Shown here piece by piece: positions 11,581-24,073 of a stretch of 64,000 bases of DNA. The position numbers were made by a program, and so were the translations under genes. Source of the DNA: Utricularia gibba (lineage: Eukaryota; Plantae; Magnoliophyta); assembly GCA_002189035.1 (NCBI GenBank), contig NEEC01000010.1, positions 744,001 through 808,000 on the forward strand, written 5' to 3'. Under the pieces are notes generated by a model. It worked only from the letters and a program-made list of their open reading frames with translations. It searched no databases and was not told the DNA's origin. The stretch's first letter is position 1. Every line of letters starts with the position of its first letter.

Positions 11581-14321
11581 ATAGTTGCTTTTTGGTTGTA
11601 AAAGCTGCTTCAAAACCTGGCCAATTCCGTTTCCTTATTGCTTCTTGATATTTAACATCGTGCGAATTAGTCCTGCAGTGTGTTCATGCAGTTTCGAAAA
11701 GTCAAATCTCCGTATCCGGTTCAATTTTTAACTGTGTATCATGTAACTTTCTTTGTTCAGAGAGTAGATTTGTGATTCACAGGGAAGAAATTAGCGTAAC
11801 CAGGAGGCTGCCTGTGCCCGAGGACACGGAGCTGCTGCTCCTCTGAGCCATGTCTGATGAACATGGAGGCAGGCGGCCATTTTAATTTTAGCACCGGGAT
11901 GCGGGGACTCAAAATGAAAAGGGAAGACTTCCAGATTTAACAGAGCTGCGGTTATGCAGCGTAGAGTTTTATGGAAACTGGGAGAACTTGATCAGCCCAT
12001 GCTCTGAACTTTTTCGTCTGTTTGCCCCCTACACAGGATTTCAGAGAGCTCATGAATTCATGAAGGCGCTTCTGAGTTCCAGAAGGAAACTGGGAAGGTG
12101 ACAAGTTGAGTGGTGGTTAATAATATTCGTAGGCTCATGCTGCAGACAATTTGAAGCTTAATTCTAAGAGATTCCTAGAGTACACCTCAGAGTTCTCATT
12201 CCATACACTTGTACACACCTCTCTGGGGGGAGTACCTGGACCACGGTTTAAGTGGCCAACGACTTCAACGTGAAGTAGTCGAGTTTCCAAGCATTCAAGA
12301 TAGTTCTTGCAGTGGATGATAATTTGGATTCTTGGACATACAGCAACAAGTTCATCAGTCTGAGTTTCAATCATGCTTACCCACCCTACACACTTGTCCA
12401 TAATGAACAAAAGTTCATCAGCCTCTACTTAGAAAGGTCTCGGATACTGATAGTCCTTTCCCCAACCTTAGCATGCTACGTCTCTCGCAAGGGATTCTCA
12501 AGGAGAGTGCCCTAGCCCCACAACACATGGCCAACCACTAACCAAATCCACGACCAGAAACTGAAAGAATTTCCAAAAACCTCCTTACAGGTTTAAAATG
12601 CCGTAGAGAGCGAGTAACTACAGAAATCCACATTTTTATCCAAAGATAGACGCAAAAGCATCGTTCATGGAGATGGCACCTAGTGCTTTGAAACGACCGG
12701 ATAATCATGCACCTCAGACCATACCTTATTAACTATAAAACAATACAATAGCAATCTCAAATACGGTCCTTATGCTATCTTTCCTATGCATATATATATA
12801 TATAACATCCTCAAGGATTGCGTTCGTCTAAGCAATGATCAACCCATAAAATAGTTTTATTTTTAAAAATTAAAGTGCCCCTTTACCATATTTGTATAAT
12901 TACCTACAATTCTGTTAGAAAGCTAGAAAAATATGTTTTAAGCTTCATGGGTGTATGAGAGAAGGTTTGTTTTACAAATTATGTGTTTGGCTTGATGATG
13001 GAAAAGGGTTTTTAAAAAAGAATTGGGGTTGTGTAGATTGCACTAATTTGTACGATCTCACACTTGTCATTCAAAAAAATTATAAATAATGCCCCTAGGC
13101 ACCACTTGTGATGAAAAATATTACATTCAAGATGATCCATGTTAATGAAAACATGTAGGGATGGATACGTTAAAACGTTGAAGCCTCGTAATGTAAAACT
13201 TTCTCGGAAGCACCTCATAAAGTTGCTAATGATATTGTATTCGAAAATACAATGAAAATGTAGCCTCAAGGAGAATCATGTATAAGACTAAAAAAAAGGA
13301 AGCTTGTGGGAGTCAACCTATAACTAAGTCTTTACTCACGTATTATAGTTCCAATGTTTAGGTTAATTTAGTTGATTGAAGTTAAAGATTTTTGTACCAT
13401 TTTGTTTTGTTTGGAATTGAGGTTGATTGTGTTGGAAAACATGGAAAAGATGATTTATGCTAGTAGATGATCATGCCTTTTATATTTAAATTAGCACAAC
13501 ATGATTGTGGTTTCAGCGTTATATTCCATGTGAAGTCTTTTCTTATGAAATAAATGTTGTTACATAATGGTTTACTTTCACAAAAGTGATGAACTAATGA
13601 AACAATGAGAAGGTAGCTATTACATCTCAATTGTAGAAATTTCTGATCATGCACTTGGAGGGAAGTGTTATTGCTCATAGATTATCAGGAGCGACCAAGT
13701 GGCTGATTTGATTGGAAAAGTAAACAAAATTGAAACATGGAATGACTAACTCTTTATTGTACAAGTAACTTATTACTAATTTTATTTTATTTGACACGTG
13801 AATAGTATTTCTTCATAATAGATGATTAAAATAGAAAATTATATATTGTTATCCCTTTATGTATATATGTAAGTCATAAAGATGAAATAAACAAGAATTG
13901 GACTTTTAGGAAAGGAAAACACCCCAAAAAGATCAAATTCAACATAATCTGAATCATAACTTTAAATTAAATCGCGGCATGGAAGCATTGATCATTGATT
14001 GGATTTGGTAGGCGGTCACATAATTTCCACACGTGTTTCTCAAAAGAAAATAAAAATTAGCAATGAACACCATAATCCCAACTCTTGGGTTTCTTCCATT
14101 AGTTTATTTTATTTTTTGTATATCGGGCGGGCCGGATAGCAGTAGGTCGTCGGACATTGGGCGTGTAGTAAATAACACGTGAAGTGGACCACTCAGTAAA
14201 GAAACAGTCGGAGAGCGTGAGGCATTGCGCAACCTGGATTCATTTTTTTAATGGCTCCCTCGTTGACAAAAACTCCAAACTATTAACTTCATCTGCCAAT
14301 TCCATTTTTACCTTCGACGCC

Positions 14322-14930
14322 ATGAACTCCTCCTCCAATGCGCCGGACAGCATCCTCTCCAACTCTATCAACAACGGTAGCTTAGGCTACGGTATCGGCG
14401 TCTCCGTCGTCCTCCTCCTCATCACCGTCATCACATCCGCCACATACTTCTGCACCCGAGCCACCATAAACAACTCCGTCGTCCCCGCTCGGAGCCCTCC
14501 GCCGGCGCACCACTTTTCGGTAATATCATTACATGTTTTCTGAGGGTCATGTGTTCCCGTGAAATCCATGAGGCAGAAATATATCTTCATTGTTGATGGA
14601 ATATAGTTTCTAATAAAGGTGAGCATTGATGTGGGGGAGGGACTAGACGAGGCCACGCTTAGTAGCTACCCGAAGCTGCTGTACTCGGAGGCGAAGGCAG
14701 ATTCCCGTGGGGGGGACTCTGCATCGGCTTGCTGTTCGATTTGCTTGGCGGATTACCAGAGCAACGACGTACTCAGGCAGCTGCCGGATTGCAGCCATAT
14801 GTTCCATTTGCGGTGCATTGATAAGTGGCTCAGGCTTCACCCTACGTGCCCTGTTTGCCGGACATCCCCGATGCCGACGCCGCTCGCGGAGGCGGTTCCC
14901 CCGCTTCGGGGCACTCTTCTGTGGAAGTAG
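14322..14930 (+). CDS. ATL-family RING-H2 E3 ligase (ATL70/71-like), 2 exons: 14322-14519 and 14619-14930
   Basis: N-terminal TM helix GYGIGVSVVLLLITVITSATYFCTR, GLD motif (GLDEATLSSYPKLLYSEAK) and RING-H2 CSICLADY...CSHMFHLRCIDKWLRLHPTCPVCR. The two ORF halves are joined by a phase-0 GT...AG intron. Confidence 0.9.
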
Positions 14931-15985
14931 AAATCAGTCGCCGATGACTTTCAGCTGATCATGACTTTCGAGCCAGATCTTAGTTTTTTTTTAAAAAAAA
15001 AATTAATTTTAAGTTGAGATATACAAAAAACTCATGAAAAGGATAAAAAGCAAATCCCCTCAGAATAATTATTCAACACCCAAATAAGAATAGGAACATG
15101 AATAGGTGTTTCGAGTCATGGGCTTCGCTTCCCAAACTATTGAAATACTCAAATATGTCAGTACACAATAACTAAACTACGAAAAAAATAAGATTTAACT
15201 TCAAATACACCCAAGCGTAGAGGTATGTTCGAACATAAACCATACGGTTTCACTTCGGTTCGACAAATTTGGAACCGTGAACCGTCGTTTTGTTTTTTAA
15301 TAAGATTAATTCCCCAAGCACCCATACAATTGGTAAGGATACTTAGAAATTCATAATGATTTCCAATTACACATATGATCAATTCAAAACATTCATAATG
15401 ATTGTTAAGGGTGTGTTGACACCACATCGTTTCTGGTTTCCTATTTGGCAAGACACTCGTATTGATTCCTAAGAGTGTCTAGGATCAATGCTAGACACCT
15501 ATAATGACTGTTAAGGGTGTCTAAAATGATTTTTCAAAATAGAGATTTATTCTCAGGCACCCTCAACAGCTCTTGTGCGTTCCTTGGAAACAATTCCAAT
15601 TTTGATTCATTTGAATGGTTTTGATTCAATTCAGTGGTTTCAGTTTGGTTCAATAGTTTCAGTTCCAATAAAATAAACAGTTATAAAAACTAAATATCCA
15701 ATAAACTAAAAATAAAATAAAAATAGTTTTGATTCTTATTGGCTACTATTCACAACCCGAAATACTAGCATTGATATGAGTTTTTGATGCTATTTTTCAA
15801 GTTTGAGGCTTTTCTTCCAGAAAAATCATCTTCTTTTTCCTTTTGATTTGTTGTTGAAGCATGTTGAAGAAGCTCTCTTTGTGTTCTTCATTGAAGCTCC
15901 CTCCTTTTTCGATTCTATCTCCTCTAAAATATCTTTTCCTCTCTTTCTTCAATGTAGGTACTGTTCCTGATAGTCATGATGTGAC

Positions 15986-17389
15986 TGATAACACACAAAT
16001 TTTCATGTTTTAGGATATAAAAAATCATAAATTTTTAATTATGTTTAAGTGTTTATTTTATATTTTAAAGTGTTTTTATGTAATTTAGGAAAATATAATT
16101 TTTGATGTGATTAGTGGGCTAAATCCTTTGATTTAGCCCATCCCATGTCTAACCCGATTTTCGAGTCTAGCAGCAACCCAAGAATCAAGGAAAAATCTGG
16201 ATTTCGTGCACGTCACCAGGCTGCAGGGGGGCAATGAATACACTGTCACGGCGGTAGTCTGCAAGTCAGGGTCAAGAGCAGCAAATTTGTCAGAAAATGT
16301 ACTTGACTTGGGCAGTGGGAAGCAAAAGAAAGATGATGAGGAGAGAGAGTTGCAAAAAAAAAGGGACACACCCCATAATTTTCAGAACACACACGAGGGG
16401 GTTTCTCCCCCAACTCGAACACAAAGAATACTGAAGGAGGAGGAAGAAAGGCGATTTTTCTGGAGAAGAACCTCCAACTTGAAGGGAAGGAGATCAAAAT
16501 TCAGTTCAGCGCCACTGTTCCGACCTATGAATAGTGGTAGACGGAAACCAGAACTCTACTGCTTTATTTTAGTTTGTTTATGTTTTTAGTTTCTGCACCC
16601 AACTTCGGCACGATGTTCTTAACATTTTCGTTGTCTTATGTTAATACCATCACTTTTTACCTTCAAAGCATGAGTAGTTAAACCCTAGAAATGCCTTAAG
16701 GTGAAACATGGTGGTGTGGGTCTAGGAGTCTTAATAAAATTGACCATTATTTCTTAGGCCTTGTTTTTATCAAACCATAGGTAGACCTAAGGAAGGGAAT
16801 AAGTAGGTTCACAACTTAGATGTTTGATTTAGAGGTATATCAACAAATCAAGACGAGACCAGTAGGTGTTAGTCCGGGGTAGAACTAGTAGAATCGGGTA
16901 GACCTAGTTCTATATGCTTTGCATGTAGATAGACCTAATTGCAAGGTTGATGTTGATATGGAGGACTAGCTTGGCCGAAAATATGATGAATGATTTGGGT
17001 AGACTTAGGTTATTTGAAGTTGTGAGTGTAGGAACATGGTAGATTAAATTAGAAATTTTGGCACCACACCACCTATAGATTCTTAAGGCACCTTAGTATT
17101 ATTATAAGTTAGAACCAGTATCTTTTAGTTTAGTGTTAAGACTTGATTTACTGATCTTGTTTACCGAACTTATTTACTACTGTTGGTCCGAGCTTAGATT
17201 AAAACTTATCATTACCTTGAATTCTGCATCTATTGAAATACATGACAAGCGCAAGCTCCTTGTGATTGACCCCGAATTCCACTGTACACTTTGTGTTTAA
17301 TTTGTATTTTGTGAGGATTATGGACTACAAATTTATTTGATACGGATTTCTATTTTTATTGCAACGATACTAGGAATTTCCGTTTATCA
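15986..17389 (+). mobile_element. Solo LTR (family B), copy 2
   Basis: Termini TGATAACACAC ... CCGTTTATCA. Flanks gtgac (15981-15985) and gtgat (17390-17394) fit a 5-bp TSD with one transition. Colinear with 713-2207. Confidence 0.85.
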
Positions 17390-19087
17390 GTGATGAAAAT
17401 GCACTCATTGTCTCCTTCTTTTATATTGCTCCTAGTGCTGCATGAAATTTCTATCTGATTCTTACCCGACTTTAAAACCTTGTTGCTATGCTGAAAAAAG
17501 AAGTTAATAACATTGAATGAGTGAAATCAAAGGATTTAACCTATATGTACACAAAAATATATATACTCCTAAATTTGACAAAAAAAAAAACTAAAATAAT
17601 GAAATAAATACTCAAAATATAATTAAAAAGTTACAATTTTTGTATCATAAAAATAAGAAAATTTGTGTGTTATTAATATACACTTGCGATTAAAGATCTG
17701 CGATAAAACCTTAATTGCACAGTTCATTGCACATATGACCATTTATTATGTTTTTTAATATTTAATTTGTTATTTGATTTCATTTTTTCGTAATGTTTTC
17801 TTTGTTAATATGCTCATTATTATTGCAAAATCCTAAAAAAATATGAGAGAATCTTAAATTGAGCTCAAGCATCTAAGGAAAAAGTTTTAATTAGATATTA
17901 TTGACAAGACACATTCAATTTATTCTATCTACGAGGGATTAAATTGTATGGATTAAGATCAGGTGTAAGGAAAACATAAGTTATCATAGAAAGTGAAATA
18001 GTTATGATAACATGATTGATTATATAATCACACTAAATGATAGATGATGCTATAACAATAAATGAGTGGTTATACTTTAGAATAATATTCTTAAAACTTA
18101 TACAAATGAGTTAATTCTTAAGGTTTACATGTACACATATTGGGATAAGCTTATGCATGGTAAAGCATTGATAAAAAATCTATATTTCTGTTGTTTTAAA
18201 AATTATTTTTTTCATTTTGATGTCATTTTTAAAAAAAAATTCAAAATTAATCAATTTTCTATAAATACAATCTTTATTTATTATTTTAATGATTTTTATG
18301 TATTTACATAATTACCATTAGATTCCTATAATCTCAAGAGAGTTTCAAAGCTCTAAATGTTTGCTTTACTAGATTTATGAAGCTAAATAAAATCTTACAT
18401 TCTTTTTCTCTACTTTACTGCCTTTATTACTCAAAGTGCTCGTTATTCAATAGTAAAAAAGCTTACAATTGGGGTTTACGAGGTTAGAGTGTTTCGTGTA
18501 TAGCTTTAAATTTGATTTGTATGTAACTCTGCTTTTTGTAAATTAATATTCTGGAATACAAAAATCTACAAACTTGAAAAAACAAAGAAAAACTCCACTT
18601 TTATATTGATAACATATCTTATCCTTATTGATTGACTTAAAGCGTGCTTTCCAACACGGAAACTAATTTATCAAGCATTCACTTATGTGGACTCCATCTT
18701 TTGCTCCTTCTATTTATTTTATACCATTTTTCATGAATAATACAAATTCATATAATGAAAAATATTGCAACTGTCTATGACCGTAGTCCCTATATGGGTT
18801 TATTTATATTTATCCATCTTTATTATTAATTAATATCCTCTTTTTTTTTCGGATCAGTCTTTCTTGTACCGTCCCCAACTTTTTTGTCTGCATAATTTGT
18901 TTAAAAAATTGTTTAGTTAAAAAATAATCTATTGTTATTTATTTGTACAGCTGTCATAGGCCATAGTTTATTAATTAAAATGGGTGTCATTTTCATGATT
19001 TTTATTTTCAGTTATAAAATGGCAAATATGGTCTCTATAAATTTGAGGTTGTGTAATGAAGTAAATATCGGGACTAGAGAAAAAAGA

Positions 19088-20968
19088 ATGGGTTCGCTTC
19101 CTCGTGTAGTTGAAGATTGCGTCGGTATCGTGCAAATTTACAGCGATGGCTCGATTTGCCGCTCGGAGGAAATCGATTTTCCGATGAAGCTGCACGATGA
19201 CGGCTCCGCCGTATGGAAGGACTGTCTCTACGACGAGACGCATAATCTTCACCTCCGCCTATACGGGCCCCGTTTGCGGGCGACTACTGCGGATCTCCCC
19301 GTCCTTATCTTTCTACACGGCGGCGGGTTCTGCCTCGGCTCGAGGACGTGGCCCAACTTCCAGACCTGCTGCCTTCGCCTCTCGGCGGCGCTTCAAGCCG
19401 TCGTGGTGGCCCCGGACTATCGGCTTTCACCGGAGCACAGGCTGCCGGCGGCCCTGGAAGATTCGTTGGCCGCAGTTGAGTGGCTTAAGCGCCAGGCTAT
19501 GTCCGCCGCCAGTGGCGCAGACAACTCCGAGGAATGGCTGAGAGATGGGGTTGACTTTGATAGAGTTTTCGTGATCGGTGACTCTTCCGGCGGGAACCTT
19601 GCCCACCACCTCGCAGTGGAACTCCGCCGTGACTCCCCGACACTGGCCCCTCTACGCGTCCGAGGTTACGTTCTGATGGCGCCGTTCTTCGGCGGCAGCG
19701 TCAGGACCAAATCCGAGGCGCACGGCCCTCCTGAGCCCCTCCTCAACGTTGACATTCTGGACAGGTATTCTCCAGTGGCCTCACTTTTATCATTATTTTT
19801 ATTTTCCTCGAAACTCTTTTTATCCACAATAATCCCATCATGAATTTGCATTTCTGGATAAAATAAAAATAGGCCCATGAAATGAAATAACGCACATATG
19901 GGGAGTATTTTGAAATTAGGATGAAACCTTTCTGAAGACAGCGACGGGCAGGGAGAGGAGAGATAGATCCATGTATGCATATCCAGGTCCTAAAATCAAG
20001 CCCCACCGTTTTTGTTGTCTTTTCCGACTCCAGGCACAAAATAATGATATTTTAAGCACTAATCATATCCAGGGACACCCTGTACTTATCTGGAGGAGGA
20101 CTACACCACACCACATTCATAGGACCAGATTTCAAACTTATCCAAACTGTTCCTTGGTTGGATGGATCTACCCACACCTTTCAATCCTCTTCTTTTCTAC
20201 CGGCCTATGAGTGGATAATCAAAACAAAAGTGATTTCAACTTTTGCATTAGGTGACATTCCACCTACCCCCATGTGAATAATGTGCAATTTTTGGGGTCT
20301 TTTTAAACATTTTATCTCATACACTAATTTCAGAATTATTTTATACCTTATTTTTCACCCACAATAAAAATAGGATATTATTTTTCAAAATCATCCTAAT
20401 TTCTGGGGTTGGGCTATTAATAATTTCTTTCTTTTATTTACAGTGAATGCCTGTTGCTGTGTTTTTGTGGTAGTGACTCGTGAAAACAAAAGAAGAGAAA
20501 AATAACTGTGTTGTGGATTTTTGTTATTTTTTTTTTTTTCACTTGGGCTGCGCGACCTCTGCATGTGGAAAAATAAATGCTGTACGGGTTCCAAGTGGGC
20601 GTGGAAACATTTTATATTGTTTGTAAGGTTGAAGAGGCTAAAAATATTTGAACATGTACAGTTTCTGGAGGCTGTCACTGCCTACTGGGGCGACGGCAGA
20701 TCACCCGGTAGCGAATCCGTTTGGGCCGTCGAGTCCAAACATGGAGTTGGTGGATCTTGGTCCGATGATGGTGATGGTTGGAGGAAAGGAAGTGATGAAG
20801 GACAGAGTGGAAGACTACTACAAGAGACTGGAGGCAATGGGCAAACACATCGAGTACCTTGTTTACGAGGGGGAGTATCATGGCTTCTTCGTCAACGACT
20901 CCTATTCTCAGCTCTCCGACCAAGTCTTGAACCACCTCGCCGCCTTCATCCATCGGAATTCTCAGTAG
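19088..20968 (+). CDS. CXE15: Carboxylesterase / alpha-beta hydrolase (CXE15-like), 2 exons: 19088-19764 and 20662-20968
   Basis: HGGGF oxyanion motif, DYRLSPEHRLPAA, nucleophile elbow GDSSGG, FWRLSLP...DHPVANPFGP and catalytic His in EGEYHGFF. The paralog number is tentative. Confidence 0.93.
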
Positions 20969-21673
20969 ACCCGCCAAGTTCCGATTCTGGAGTTTGTGTT
21001 GAATCAATATATGCTCAATGCTTTGGGAAGAGTACACCTATGAGATATCATATTTCAAATTTTCAAATAGCTTTATAATTTAAAATCGTATTCTAAATTT
21101 CTATTTTTTATTTAAGATTCATCCGTCATTTAAAAAAGTGATCATCTATACAATTTCTCTCATAAATTAAAAAAAATTATACTAAGTTGAGTTATGCTCG
21201 TATATGATTTAGTTGATTTTGAACCTGCAACTTAGAATGGGTTTTTAATTAAAAGAAATAGGGATTGGTGGATCCGGATCCGGATCCGGCACCTGGAGTG
21301 CTGTTCCTTGACCTAGGAGGAACCAGGAGCAGACTGATTCTGCCAGATTGAACTGGTCAGTAGAGAAATAAAAATATTAATTTTCTTTTTCGCGATAAAA
21401 TATTTTTAAAAATGGAAATTTCAAGGATACTTCAAATGTCGGCCCTACTGCAGGAAGCGCGTTGAGGAGCCCTAATTCTAGGTTTCTAGGAGCGAGGAAA
21501 TTTTCGCCCAGTTGTCGTGTTTCTCATGGAAACGACGTCGTATTATTCGCTGATTTTTCTATTTTCACACGCTTGTTGAAAGTTTCAACTGCTTTCGTGC
21601 TCATATATTTTGAAACCACACGCAGCTTTTCGATTCATCTTCAGTGTTTCGTGTCTTTGGAATCAGTTAAGCT

Positions 21674-22378
21674 ATGGGAAAATCAGATCTCAACGGCGCC
21701 TACTACGGTCCGGCGATACCACCGCCGAGGACATATCACCGTCCCGGTCGCGGCGGAGGCGGTTGCTGTTGCAATCCTTTCACCTGCTGCTGCGGCTGCA
21801 TCGCGAACCTAATCTGCACCTGCGTTTTCCAGATCCTCTGCACAATTCTCGTCGTCGTCGGAATCATCATCTTCGTGCTGTGGCTGATTTTCCGCCCCGA
21901 CGCGGTCAGATTCTACGCCAACGACGCAGCGCTCTCCCAATTCGATCTCAACAACAACAATCTCCAATACAATTTAACGGTTGATCTCGCGATCCAGAAC
22001 CCTAACCGGCGAATCAGCATCTACTACGACTCGATCGAGGCTACGGCTTTTTACGAGGGGCAGAGATTCAGCGCCGTCGAACTGCCTGCTTTCTACCAAG
22101 GGCATCGCACTACCAATAACTTGACCGCTGATTTCTCCGGGCAGAACATTCTTCTCCTCAGCGGCGATGGCTCAAGGAACTACGAAAACGACAGGGCCTC
22201 AGGTACATACGGCATCAACGTGCGACTGTTCATCAGAGCGAGACTGAGGTTCTGGATCATCAGATCTATGACGATTAGGCCGAGGATTAACTGCAATTTG
22301 GAGGTTCCGTTGATTAACAGCAACACGCCCGGTAGCACCACATTCCAATCGGAGAGATGCAGATTCGTATGGCGTTGA
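21674..22378 (+). CDS. NHL10: NDR1/HIN1-like protein (NHL10/HIN1 clade, LEA_2 domain), intronless
   Basis: LNGAYYGPAIPP N-terminus, Cys-rich segment, TM helix ending WLIFRP, NPNRRISIYYD motif and FYQGHRTT. Confidence 0.93.
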   Translation: MGKSDLNGAYYGPAIPPPRTYHRPGRGGGGCCCNPFTCCCGCIANLICTCVFQILCTILVVVGIIIFVLWLIFRPDAVRFYANDAALSQFDLNNNNLQYNLTVDLAIQNPNRRISIYYDSIEATAFYEGQRFSAVELPAFYQGHRTTNNLTADFSGQNILLLSGDGSRNYENDRASGTYGINVRLFIRARLRFWIIRSMTIRPRINCNLEVPLINSNTPGSTTFQSERCRFVWR

Positions 22379-23434
22379 CCATCTTCAGATTCCGATCGCA
22401 TTTGCTGCTGTCATTCATCGGACTTTTTCCGTGGGATTCCGTCCCTTTGGTGTTGTTTGTTTTAGCACGAGTCCCTCATTCCTCTCCATTGACACTGTTA
22501 CTTTGTTTTATATCTTGTGAGTAAATAAATACATTTCATTTTTTTCTTTTTACTTAATATTAGAAATATCAATGCCTCTCTACGGGTGGCCGAGTGTGGG
22601 ACTTGGGCCGCATCACAGCCCAAACAATAGGCCCGGCCCATTTCCCCATCTGACGACCCTCCCACTGGAAAATTGAAAGTAACTTTAATGGCCACGTTAG
22701 CCAATGGATGTTGAAATAGGAAACGCCACAGAGCGTTACAACCAACTCCTAAAAACTATAAACTTTAGTTCAAAACTTTAGGTTGAATCCAACCATTTTT
22801 CATGTTACTTTCCACCTGCTTGTCCTATCACCCACTACCAACTTCGAGCAACCACTTTGAAATCACAAATTTCCTCTATACCATTTATAGTCATCATGCC
22901 AAAAAAAAATAATAATAATAAAGCAAGCCATTTTTTATACATGAAACACGCCAATATCATATTTTATGTGAAAACAATATAAAAGTAGACATATAATTGT
23001 CCTGATTATTTCTACATAAAAGTGATATCATGGAGAAGGACTCAGCTGGGACGTGGGATTCCCAGGGCGGTTGTTCTTTAGTGAGGCGCTGCACCAAAAA
23101 AAAAAAAAAGGGGCGGAACCCCCCGTCCCCTACACCGCACATTTAATGACAACTGAAGTCTCCACTAAATCCTTCCTAATTATACATGTAATATTTGAAT
23201 AAATTAACCGAATTCAATTAAAAAAAAGTGTCTAGAACTCAAGTGTTTACTAGATTTTTGAGTTGTTGGTATCGAAATGAACCTACGGGAAAAGGGTAAA
23301 GAAAAGCAGCCCAGAAGTGGATAGGAAGGAGGATGATGATCAACACCTAACATATGTGATGTTTATTACACGAATGGTAAGTATGATTAGAAGACTAACA
23401 AAATATATTTTTTTTTGTCACCTCCGGTAAAAAT

Positions 23435-24073
23435 TCATAGATCCACGCGACAGCTCTGTCTCAGCTGATACTTCACGCCGCCCTCGGAGGAGACGACGCT
23501 GTACCCGCCGGGATTTCCGAAGGGAATATATACTGGACAGGAGACCGCCAGATGGTATCGCCCGGAGACAAAGAGGCCCACGCGCCACCGCACGCGTGTG
23601 GCGAGATTAATCACCATCGGGACTCTGCCGGAGGCTCGATCCTGCATCAGCGCGACGCCATTGGATGGATCGATGGGGACGTCGGTACCGTAGAGAAACG
23701 GGGACCAAACGTTGTTGTCGTTTTCAGGCTGAAAGGCCGGGGGGATAACGGAGTAGAGAGTGATTTGCTGGTGGCTGTAGGCGGCGAAGACTGCGATTTT
23801 TTCGTAGTAGATGCCTATTTTGGTGTTGGGGTTATGCGAAACGACGGTGACTTGGAGTGTGAGGGAGATGATGTTTGGGGCGGTGATGTTGAGGACGAAG
23901 ATGGTAGCGTCTTGGAGGGTGAATCGGGGACTTGTGGGCTGGAGAACCGCCCAAACGATGAGGAAGATTACGAGGATGATGAAGAGAAATATGAGGACTC
24001 CGGAGAAGCATCGCCTGATAATCCTCCGGCGACGGCCCTTGTGGTGGCAACACTCTTTATCATTTTCCGACAT
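23435..24073 (-). CDS. NDR1/HIN1-like protein (NHL1/NHL12 clade), intronless
   Basis: MSENDKECCHH start at 24073, TM helix ending WAVLQPTSPRFTLQD, NPNTKIGIYYE, YSHQQIT and VRWRVGLFVSGRYHLAVSCP. Confidence 0.93.
   Translation of the reverse strand: MSENDKECCHHKGRRRRIIRRCFSGVLIFLFIILVIFLIVWAVLQPTSPRFTLQDATIFVLNITAPNIISLTLQVTVVSHNPNTKIGIYYEKIAVFAAYSHQQITLYSVIPPAFQPENDNNVWSPFLYGTDVPIDPSNGVALMQDRASGRVPMVINLATRVRWRVGLFVSGRYHLAVSCPVYIPFGNPGGYSVVSSEGGVKYQLRQSCRVDL

Noticed and set aside
13440-13740. Possible copia RNase H remnant (SDQVADLIGK)
   Set aside because: Only one short motif with no supporting upstream frame.
15107-15120. gtttcgagtc, similar to a Pol III B-box
   Set aside because: No A-box, cloverleaf or SINE tail nearby.
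18932-19087. N-terminal extension of the carboxylesterase ORF
   Set aside because: AT-rich upstream sequence. Family homology starts at MGSLPRVVEDC (19088).
19763-20662. The CXE splice junction yields DSFW instead of the usual DRFW
   Set aside because: The junction is canonical and in phase, so this is a single substitution outside the catalytic triad.
23049-23059. ATCCCACGTC resembling the snRNA upstream sequence element (RTCCCACATCG)
   Set aside because: It mismatches the consensus, the TATA spacing is poor, and no snRNA-like sequence follows.
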